A DNA stretch of 32,000 bases from Kineococcus radiotolerans SRS30216 = ATCC BAA-149 (GTDB taxonomy: Bacteria > Actinomycetota > Actinomycetes > Actinomycetales > Kineococcaceae), in the NCBI RefSeq assembly GCF_000017305.1, contig NC_009664.2, positions 1,830,001 through 1,862,000 of the forward strand, in the 5' to 3' direction. The position numbers were made by a program, and so were the translations under genes. This document shows, in pieces, positions 24,793 through 32,000 of this stretch. The notes below the pieces were generated by a model. That model did not search any database, had not been told where the DNA came from, and saw only the letters and a list, made by a program, of their open reading frames with translations. Positions within the stretch are counted from its first letter, which is position 1; each line of letters starts with the position of its first letter.

Positions 24793-25605
24793 GTGACGAC
24801 CGCACCCGCCACCCTGCCCGACGCCCGCGTCACCCGCGTGGACGCCGCCGACGTGCGGCTGCGCGGCGTGGGGCGGTCCTTCGGCTCCCACGAGGTGCTG
24901 GCCCCCCTCGACGTCTCGATCACCGCCGGCAGCACCGTCGCCCTGCTCGGGGCCTCCGGCAGCGGGAAGTCCACCCTGCTGCGCCTGGTCGCCGGGCTGG
25001 ACACCCCCACCTCCGGCACCGTCGAGGTCGGCGGCGAACGCGTCGCCGGGGTCCACCCCCGCACCGCCGTCGTCTTCCAGGAACCGCGGCTGCTGCCGTG
25101 GCGCGACCTCGCCGGCAACGTCGCCTTCGGCCTGCCCCGCGGCACCGACCGGGCCGCCGGCCGCGCCGAGGTCCTGCGCTGGCTGGACGTCGTCGGGCTC
25201 GCCGACTTCGCCGGGCACCGCCCGCGCCGGGTCTCCGGCGGGATGGCCCAGCGCGCCGCGCTGGCCCGCGCCCTGGTGCGCCGCCCCGGGGTGCTGCTGC
25301 TCGACGAGCCGTTCGCGGCCCTGGACGCCCTCACCCGCCTGCGGATGCAGGACCTCCTCGACGAGGTGCAGCGCGAGACCGGCGCCACCGTCCTCCTCGT
25401 GACCCACGACGTCGACGAGGCCCTGCACCTGGCCGACCGGGTGCTGGTCCTCGGCACCGGCGAACGGGCCGTCGACCGCGCCGGCGCGACCGTCGTGCGC
25501 GACCTGGCCGTGCCGGCCCCGCGCCCCCGCGACCGCGGCGACGCCGCCACGGCGGAGCTGCGCGTCGAGCTGCTCGATCTGCTCGGCGTCCCCCGCGCCG
25601 CCTGA
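24793..25605 (+). CDS. ssuB: Aliphatic sulfonate/nitrate/taurine-type ABC transporter ATP-binding protein
   Basis: It has Walker A GASGSGKST, VFQEPRLLPW, signature VSGGMAQRAALARAL and LLLDEPFAALD. I set the start at GTG 24793, with GGAGGA 5 nt upstream, rather than ATG 24679. Confidence 0.82.
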   Translation: MTTAPATLPDARVTRVDAADVRLRGVGRSFGSHEVLAPLDVSITAGSTVALLGASGSGKSTLLRLVAGLDTPTSGTVEVGGERVAGVHPRTAVVFQEPRLLPWRDLAGNVAFGLPRGTDRAAGRAEVLRWLDVVGLADFAGHRPRRVSGGMAQRAALARALVRRPGVLLLDEPFAALDALTRLRMQDLLDEVQRETGATVLLVTHDVDEALHLADRVLVLGTGERAVDRAGATVVRDLAVPAPRPRDRGDAATAELRVELLDLLGVPRAA

Positions 25606-25650
25606 CCTCCCCCCTCACCACCCCCCGGAACCCCCCACCCCAGGAGAACC

Positions 25651-26691
25651 GTGTCCACGCTGCCCTCGTACTCCCGTCGCCTCGCCCTCGGCCTCGCCCT
25701 CGGCGGCCTCGGCCTGACCGCCGCCGGCTGCGTGAAGGGCGAGTCCTCCGGCGCCGCCGCCGGCAGCTCCGCCGGCGCCAGCGCCTCCGGGAGCGCCGGC
25801 GGTGCCGGTGGCACCGTCCGCCTGGACTACGCGCTGTACAACCCCCTGAGCCTCGTCGTGCGCGAGCAGAAGATCCTGGAGAACGCCGGGCTCACCGTGC
25901 AGTGGGAGCAGTCCCTCGGCAGCAACAAGGCCAACGAGTTCCTGCGCAACGACAACCTCGACCTCGCCTCCACCGCCGGGTCGGCCGTCCTGCAGGCCCG
26001 GACCAACGGCTCCCCCGTCAAGACCGTCGACGTGTACTCCCAGCCGGAGTGGACCGCGCTCGTCGTGGCGAAGGACTCCACCGTCACCGACGTCGCCGGG
26101 TTGCGCGGCAAGAGGATCGCCGCCACCACCGGCACCGACCCCTACTTCTTCCTCCAGCAGGCGCTGGCCGAGGCCGGGTTGTCCGCCACCGACGTCGAGA
26201 TCACCAACCTGCAGCACGCCGACGGGCGCGCCGCCCTCGAGCGCGGCGACGTCGACGCGTGGGCCGGGCTGGACCCGAACATGGCCGCCACCGAGCTGCA
26301 GAGCGGCTCGAAGCTGCTGTACCGCAACGTGGACTTCTGCACCTACGGGCTGCTCAACGCCCGCGAGTCCTTCATCGAGAGCTCCCCCGAGCTCGTCCAG
26401 CAGGTCGTCGACGCCTACGCGACCGCCCGCGCCTGGGCGCTGGCGAACCCCGCCGAACTCGCCACCCTCTACGCGGCGCAGGCGCAGCTGACCCCCGAGG
26501 TCGCCGCCCGCGTGCTGGAGCGCACCACCCTCGACGTCGACTCCGTGCCCGGTGAGGCCCAGCGCAGCGTGCTGGAGGGGATCGTCCCGCTGATGGCCTC
26601 CACCGGCGACATCCCCTCCGCGGAGGCCGCGACCGAGGCGCTGGACGGGCTGCTGGTGGCGGACTTCGCCGAGAAGGCCACCCCGGCGTGA
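25651..26691 (+). CDS. ssuA: Sulfonate-type ABC transporter substrate-binding lipoprotein (NMT1/SsuA-like)
   Basis: It has the lipobox LTAAGC-V followed by a Gly/Ala/Ser linker. The domain then reads VRLDYALYNPLSLVVREQKILE...GKRIAATTGTDPYFFLQQAL...DAWAGLDPN. AGGAGAA lies upstream of GTG 25651. Confidence 0.82.
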   Translation: MSTLPSYSRRLALGLALGGLGLTAAGCVKGESSGAAAGSSAGASASGSAGGAGGTVRLDYALYNPLSLVVREQKILENAGLTVQWEQSLGSNKANEFLRNDNLDLASTAGSAVLQARTNGSPVKTVDVYSQPEWTALVVAKDSTVTDVAGLRGKRIAATTGTDPYFFLQQALAEAGLSATDVEITNLQHADGRAALERGDVDAWAGLDPNMAATELQSGSKLLYRNVDFCTYGLLNARESFIESSPELVQQVVDAYATARAWALANPAELATLYAAQAQLTPEVAARVLERTTLDVDSVPGEAQRSVLEGIVPLMASTGDIPSAEAATEALDGLLVADFAEKATPA

Positions 26692-27503
26692 GCGTGCTGG
26701 ACACCGGCGCCGCGCCGGCGACGGCGGACGGCCCGAGCCGCCCGCGGCCGCCGCGGGCAGGATCGCGCTGGTGGGTGAAGGCGGTGGTCCCCGTGCTGCT
26801 GCTGGTGGCGTGGTGGTGGAGCACGGCGGCCGGGGTGTTCGACCGGAGCCAGCTCCCGCCGCCGGCCGACGTGTGGCACGCCGCCCAGCAGCTGTGGAGC
26901 AACGGCCAGCTGCAGACGAACATCGCCATCAGCGTCCAGCGCGTGCTCATCGGTTTCGCCTGCGGGGCCGTCGCCGGTCTCGTGCTGGGCGGGCTGACCG
27001 GCGCCTCCCGGCTCCTGCACGACCTGCTCGCCCCCACCCTGGGCGCGTTCCGGGCCGTCCCGTCGCTGGCGTGGGTCCCGCTGCTGGGGCTGTGGATCGG
27101 CATCGGGGAGCCCCCGAAGATCGTGCTCGTGGCCATCGGGGCGTTCTTCCCCGTCTACACCACGGTCGCCTCCGCGCTGTCCCACCTCGACCCCGCCCTG
27201 GTCGAGGTGGGCCGCGCCTACGGCCGCCGCGGGATCGGGCTGTTCACCGAGGTCCTGCTGCCCGCCACCGCCCCCGCGCTGCTGTCGGGGTTGCGCCTGG
27301 GCCTGGCCCAGAGCTGGTTGTTCCTGGTCGCGGCGGAACTGCTGTCCTCCTCCATCGGCCTGGGCTACCAGATGATCAACGGGCAGAACACCTCGCGCAC
27401 CGACCAGGTGCTCCTCGCCATCCTGCTGCTCGCGCTGCTGGGCAAGGGGTCCGACGTGGTCCTGGGGCTGGCGGAGGGCCGGGTGAAGCGGGCCCGCGGC
27501 TGA
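26688..27503 (+). CDS. ssuC: Sulfonate-type ABC transporter permease (BPD_transp_1)
   Basis: The 271-aa product has about 6 TM helices and an EAA-like loop (LVEVGRAYGRRGIGLFTEVLLPATAP). GTG 26688 overlaps the ssuA stop (GTGA). Confidence 0.85.
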   Translation: MSVLDTGAAPATADGPSRPRPPRAGSRWWVKAVVPVLLLVAWWWSTAAGVFDRSQLPPPADVWHAAQQLWSNGQLQTNIAISVQRVLIGFACGAVAGLVLGGLTGASRLLHDLLAPTLGAFRAVPSLAWVPLLGLWIGIGEPPKIVLVAIGAFFPVYTTVASALSHLDPALVEVGRAYGRRGIGLFTEVLLPATAPALLSGLRLGLAQSWLFLVAAELLSSSIGLGYQMINGQNTSRTDQVLLAILLLALLGKGSDVVLGLAEGRVKRARG

Positions 27504-27560
27504 GAGCGCGCTCACACCCGGACGGGCGATCCTGCGGGCGGGCCCCGGCACCGATGAACG

Positions 27561-29120
27561 GTGCGGGGACGTTCACCGGCGCGGCCGGTGCCCCGGACAG
27601 CGACGGAACTGCCCGCCGCGGGAGTGGTGGGATCGGTGGCGGTGACGGAGGACGGCCCCCGGGCGCGGCGCTGGTGGGCGCGCCCGGCGGGGCTCGTGGA
27701 GCAGACGCGGTGGCTGTTCTGGCTGCTGACCCTGCTGTCGGCGCTGCTGCTGGTGCCCGCCATCGTCCACAGCGCCGCCGGCGCCACCCCGCTGCTGTTC
27801 ACGGCGGTGGTGCTGGCGCTGGGGTGCGTGTGGACCCACCGCTACGTCACCCGCCGGGCCACCCTCACCGCCGACACGACCGAGGCGCTGCTCCTCGCGG
27901 CGGCCGTCGCCCTCAGCGCCCCGCCCACCCTCGCCCTCGGCTTCGTCTTCCCCGGGCTGTGGTTCCGCTCCGTCTACGGCACCGGCCGCCAGGTGCTGCG
28001 GCACTGCACCCTCGTCGCCCTCGGGCTGGCCGGGGGCCTGCCGTTCTGGGGGCTGGCGCCGGGCCACCCCGGGCCGGTGGCCGCCGCCTCCATCCTCGGG
28101 TGCCTGCCCCTGGCGTACCTGACGTCCATCGGCGCCCGCCACCTCGCCGACGGCCTCTTCGCCCGCGAGCAGGGCCAGCGGCGCGACGCCGTCCTCAGCG
28201 ACCTGGGTCGCGCCCTGCTCGCCGTCACCGACCGGCAGGAGATCATGGACCTGGGTGAGCGCGCCGCCCGCGACCTCACCCGGATCACCCCGGGCCTGGC
28301 CAGCGCCCTCGTCGTCACCACCCCCGACGGCGTCGCCGTGCGGCTCGCCCTCGGCGCCTGGGACCAGCCGCCGCCGCCGGTGCTCACCGACCTCGTCCTC
28401 CCCGCCCAGTCCCCCACCGGCGGGAACCCGCAGCCGGTGCGGTCCGCCTCGCTGGACCTCGCCGCGGGCCGGCCCGGGCGCTGGGTCGCCGTCCCGGACC
28501 AGACCCGCGAGGGCAGCTGGCTGATCACCGGGGCCCTGGAGCGGTCCGCTGCCGAGGCCGTGCCCGCGATGCACACCGCGTTCACCCAGGTGGCGATGGC
28601 CCTGGTCACCAGCGACGCCCACCTCGCCCTGCGCCGGCAGGCCCGCACCGACGCCCTCACCGGCCTCGCCAACCGCACCGCCTTCGGGGAGGCGCTGGAC
28701 CGGGCCGCCGGGGACCCGACCGCGCGCTTCAGCGTCGCCTTCGTCGACCTCGACGACTTCAAGGCCGTCAACGACGGGCGCGGCCACGCCGCCGGCGACG
28801 AGGTGCTGCGCGCCGTCGCCGCGCGCCTGCGCGCCGCCGTGCGCGAGGAGGACCTGTGCGCGCGCCTGGGCGGGGACGAGTTCGCCGTCCTGCTGCGCGA
28901 CCTGCGCGGGGAGTGCGTCGACGCCCTCACCGCCCGGCTGGCCGGGGCCGTCGTCGAGCCGATCCCGGTGGCGGGCGGGCCGGTGCGGGTGGGCGCCAGC
29001 GTCGGGGTGGCGCACCGCGGTCCCGGCGAGGACGCCGAGCAGGTCCTCCAGCACGCCGACGTCGCGATGTACGCGGCGAAGGCGGCGGGCCGCAACCGGG
29101 TGCGGGTGTTCGGCGCCTGA
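27561..29120 (+). CDS. Membrane-anchored diguanylate cyclase (GGDEF domain) with an uncharacterised N-terminal sensor region
   Basis: The C-terminus reads [12 protein letters not shown]...[17 protein letters not shown], then the I-site/active-site block [14 protein letters not shown] (28842-28883). The N-terminal half has about 5-6 TM helices, followed by a roughly 150-aa GAF-like linker. The exact start is uncertain; alternative GTGs lie at 27624-27642. Confidence 0.85.
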   Translation: MRGRSPARPVPRTATELPAAGVVGSVAVTEDGPRARRWWARPAGLVEQTRWLFWLLTLLSALLLVPAIVHSAAGATPLLFTAVVLALGCVWTHRYVTRRATLTADTTEALLLAAAVALSAPPTLALGFVFPGLWFRSVYGTGRQVLRHCTLVALGLAGGLPFWGLAPGHPGPVAAASILGCLPLAYLTSIGARHLADGLFAREQGQRRDAVLSDLGRALLAVTDRQEIMDLGERAARDLTRITPGLASALVVTTPDGVAVRLALGAWDQPPPPVLTDLVLPAQSPTGGNPQPVRSASLDLAAGRPGRWVAVPDQTREGSWLITGALERSAAEAVPAMHTAFTQVAMALVTSDAHLALRRQARTDALTGLANRTAFGEALDRAAGDPTARFSVAFVDLDDFKAVNDGRGHAAGDEVLRAVAARLRAAVREEDLCARLGGDEFAVLLRDLRGECVDALTARLAGAVVEPIPVAGGPVRVGASVGVAHRGPGEDAEQVLQHADVAMYAAKAAGRNRVRVFGA

Positions 29121-29136
29121 GCGGGGGCCGCGGCGC

Positions 29137-30381
29137 TCAGGGGCCGCCGGTGACGGAGGCCCCCGCCTCGGCCCGCCGGTCGTCGCCGGGACCCGCCCAG
29201 TCCAGGCAGAGGGCGGTGGCGTCGTCGGCCAGCGGTTCCCCGCCCGCGGCCTCCTGCACGGCCGCGGTGAGGACCCGCATCAGCTGGCGCGGGTGGGTGT
29301 CGCGGTGGCGCACGAGCAGGCCCGGGAGGTCGACCCGGCGGGCGCTGCGCTCCACCATCCCGTCGGTCAGCAGCACCAGGCGGTCCCCCGGCCGCAGCCG
29401 GAACCGCTGCACGCGGTAGCCGGTGCCGGCCAGCACCCCCATGGGCAGGTCGGGTTCGAGCGGCACCGCGCGCACCTCCCCGTCGCGCACCAGCAGGGGC
29501 GGCGGGTGGCCCGCGTCGACGGCGTCCACCCCGCCGGTGACCAGGTCCACGCTCAGCAGCAGACCCGTGACGAACCCGAGGCCGTCGTGGTGCTCGACGA
29601 GCGCCCGGTTCGCCGCGCCCGCCATCCGTCCCAGGTCGTGGCCGGCGCGGCGGCCGTTGCGGAGGCTGCCCACGGCCAGGGTGGCCAGCAGCGCGGCGGC
29701 GGTGTCGTGGCCCATCGCGTCGGTCATCGACACGTACAGCCGGTCGGCGTCCAGGGCGTAGTCGAAGGTGTCCCCGCCCACGGTGCTGGCCGGTTCCAGC
29801 CAGGCCGCGAGGGTGAACTGCCCGGCCTCGCAGGTGAAGGCGTTCGGCAGCAGCTGCCGCTGGATCTCCCCGGCCAGGGAGACGGGGTCGCCGCGGCGGC
29901 TCCACTCGTAGAGGTCGGTGTGCCGGCGCTCGGTGGTGACGACGTAGGCCAGGGCGTGCGCGGCCGCGGCCACCAGGGCCAGGGCGTCCTCGCCGGGGGG
30001 CTGCGGCAGGAGCAGCTCCAGCAGGCCGATCGCGTCCCCGCGGGCGGTGACCGGGGCCAGCACCCGCACGGCCCCGGCGGGACGGCCGTCCCCGGGGGCG
30101 GGCAGGACCCGCAGCCGCTGCTCGATGACGGTGCGCCCGTAGGGGAGGGTCTCGTCGTCCAGGGACACCTGCTCGGCCCGTTCCGTCCCCGGGCCCCCGG
30201 CTCCGGGGTGGGTCAGCCGCACCAGCGCCTGCCCGGCGAAGTCGGTGAGGAGGAAGCTGACCCGCTCGGCCCCGACCTGCTCGCCCAGCCGCCGCTCGAA
30301 CACGTCGACCGCGGCCACCGGGGGCGCGGCCTCCACGGCGTCGAGCAGTCCGGCCAGTCCGTCGTCGGAACGTTTCGGCAA
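29137..30381 (-). CDS. GAF domain-containing PP2C/SpoIIE-family serine phosphatase
   Basis: The PPM core reads LLPNAF...VGGDTFDY...[11 protein letters not shown]...GLLLSVD...[10 protein letters not shown]...[10 protein letters not shown]. The N-terminal region is GAF-like. I set the start at TTG 30381, with GAGGTGGG upstream. The longest ORF reaches 30540, but that extension is Pro/Arg-rich. Confidence 0.78.
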   Translation of the reverse strand: MPKRSDDGLAGLLDAVEAAPPVAAVDVFERRLGEQVGAERVSFLLTDFAGQALVRLTHPGAGGPGTERAEQVSLDDETLPYGRTVIEQRLRVLPAPGDGRPAGAVRVLAPVTARGDAIGLLELLLPQPPGEDALALVAAAAHALAYVVTTERRHTDLYEWSRRGDPVSLAGEIQRQLLPNAFTCEAGQFTLAAWLEPASTVGGDTFDYALDADRLYVSMTDAMGHDTAAALLATLAVGSLRNGRRAGHDLGRMAGAANRALVEHHDGLGFVTGLLLSVDLVTGGVDAVDAGHPPPLLVRDGEVRAVPLEPDLPMGVLAGTGYRVQRFRLRPGDRLVLLTDGMVERSARRVDLPGLLVRHRDTHPRQLMRVLTAAVQEAAGGEPLADDATALCLDWAGPGDDRRAEAGASVTGGP

Positions 30382-30515
30382 GGACCCACCTCGGTGCTGC
30401 GCAGACCGGACGAGCGGACCAGGAGGCCAGCATGCCGGAACCGGGCCGCCCTGTCGCGGCACCGGGCCGGGGTGCGCGGGCGAGCGACGCGGCGCCGGTC
30501 CGGCAGACTGCCGGG

Positions 30516-30929
30516 GTGGACGAGCAGCAGGTGGGGGCACGACCGGCGACGGGGGTCGGCATCGCCGACGTGGCGCACCGGCTGGGGATCAGCGCGCACA
30601 CCCTGCGCTACTACGAGACCGCCGGGCTGCTGGTGGACCCGCCCGCGCGCGACGACGCGGGCCGCCGCTGCTACACCGACGCCCACCTGCGCTGGATCAC
30701 GATGGTGCAGCGGCTGCGGGCCACCGGCATGCCGGTGCGGGTGGTGCGCGCCTACGCGGAGCTGTGCCGGGCGGGGGCGGGCAACGAGGACGCCCGCCTC
30801 ACCCTGCTGCACGCCCACCGCGACCAGGTGCGCGCCCAGCTCGCCGAGGTCGCCGCCCACCTGGACGCCATCGAGGGGAAGATCGCGCTCTACGAGGGCT
30901 CGACGGCGGGGGCCTCCGTCCCCGCTTGA
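30516..30929 (+). CDS. MerR-family transcriptional regulator
   Basis: The HTH reads [24 protein letters not shown], followed by a coiled-coil dimerisation helix ([27 protein letters not shown]). The start is GTG 30516 or GTG 30531. ATG 30432 is unlikely because the HTH would then sit too far from the N-terminus. Confidence 0.85.
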   Translation: MDEQQVGARPATGVGIADVAHRLGISAHTLRYYETAGLLVDPPARDDAGRRCYTDAHLRWITMVQRLRATGMPVRVVRAYAELCRAGAGNEDARLTLLHAHRDQVRAQLAEVAAHLDAIEGKIALYEGSTAGASVPA

Positions 30930-30956
30930 CTTCGAGCGCGCTCGAAGGCGCAGGCT
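30926..30956 (+). promoter_or_regulatory. MerR-type promoter candidate: -35 TTGACT, 19-bp spacer containing an 18-bp perfect palindrome, -10 CAGGCT
   Basis: TTGACT lies at 30926-30931 and overlaps the merR stop. The palindrome CTTCGAGCGCGCTCGAAG lies at 30930-30947. CAGGCT lies at 30951-30956, 7 nt before ATG 30964 of the reductase. Confidence 0.5.
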
Positions 30957-30963
30957 CGGCGCC

Positions 30964-31966
<1,003 letters not shown>

Positions 31967-31968
<2 letters not shown>

Positions 31969-31998
31969 CGGTCGGTCGCCGACGGTCGGTCGCCGACG
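31967..31998. repeat. Tandem 14-nt direct repeat (2.3 copies), truncated by the window end
   Basis: gacggtcggtcgcc occurs at 31967-31980 and again at 31981-31994. A partial third copy, gacg, follows at 31995-31998. The repeat begins within the AKR stop codon. Confidence 0.5.
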
Positions 31999-32000
31999 AG

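Noticed and set aside
24666-26555. 629-aa plus-strand ORF, 24684-25814 - (376 aa), and ATG 24679 as the ssuB start
   Set aside because: The first two are Arg/Pro-rich frames overlapping ssuB and ssuA. The ATG 24679 extension is non-conserved-looking and lacks an SD, whereas GTG 24793 has GGAGGA upstream.
27974-30601. 875-aa minus-strand ORF, 27573-29054 -, and the upstream 557 codons of 29293-31968 +
   Set aside because: These are shadow frames over the GGDEF, PP2C and MerR genes. Only 30964-31968 of the last ORF encodes the aldo/keto reductase.

Overview
This is a gene-dense, very high-GC chromosomal segment, by eye above 70% GC with G/C in almost every third codon position. That is typical of Actinomycetota; no species can be named from the sequence alone. 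I support about 30 protein-coding genes, and many are joined by 4-nt ATGA/GTGA stop-start overlaps. In window order they are: ask-asd (aspartokinase with a nested beta-subunit start, then aspartate-semialdehyde dehydrogenase); an NCS2 nucleobase permease; a three-gene signalling operon on the minus strand (see below); an alpha/beta-hydrolase 'non-haem chloroperoxidase' gene in a visibly lower-GC block behind a 738-bp ORF-poor structured region; a SAM methyltransferase; an apparently frameshifted DUF3592 membrane protein coupled to an ABC-F ATPase; MFS transporter plus GNAT; Nramp/MntH with a palindromic operator candidate; a minus-strand string of iron-siderophore ABC transporter (SBP, permease, ATPase), DUF2071, two tandem CNNM/CorC-type DUF21-CBS proteins, S9 peptidase and a lipoprotein; an SsuBAC-like sulfonate ABC transporter; a membrane GGDEF diguanylate cyclase; a GAF-PP2C phosphatase; and a MerR regulator with an aldo/keto reductase. 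I found no rRNA, tRNA, CRISPR array, transposase or integrase. The most interesting system is the translationally coupled operon at 4690-8146. It encodes a response-regulator/thioredoxin-reductase-like flavoprotein fusion that lacks the CxxC redox centre, a cyclic-nucleotide-binding-domain histidine kinase, and a UBP-type zinc-finger protein. I know of no functional characterisation of this combination. Most of the long Arg/Pro/Gly-rich ORFs in the six-frame track are high-GC shadow ORFs and were rejected.
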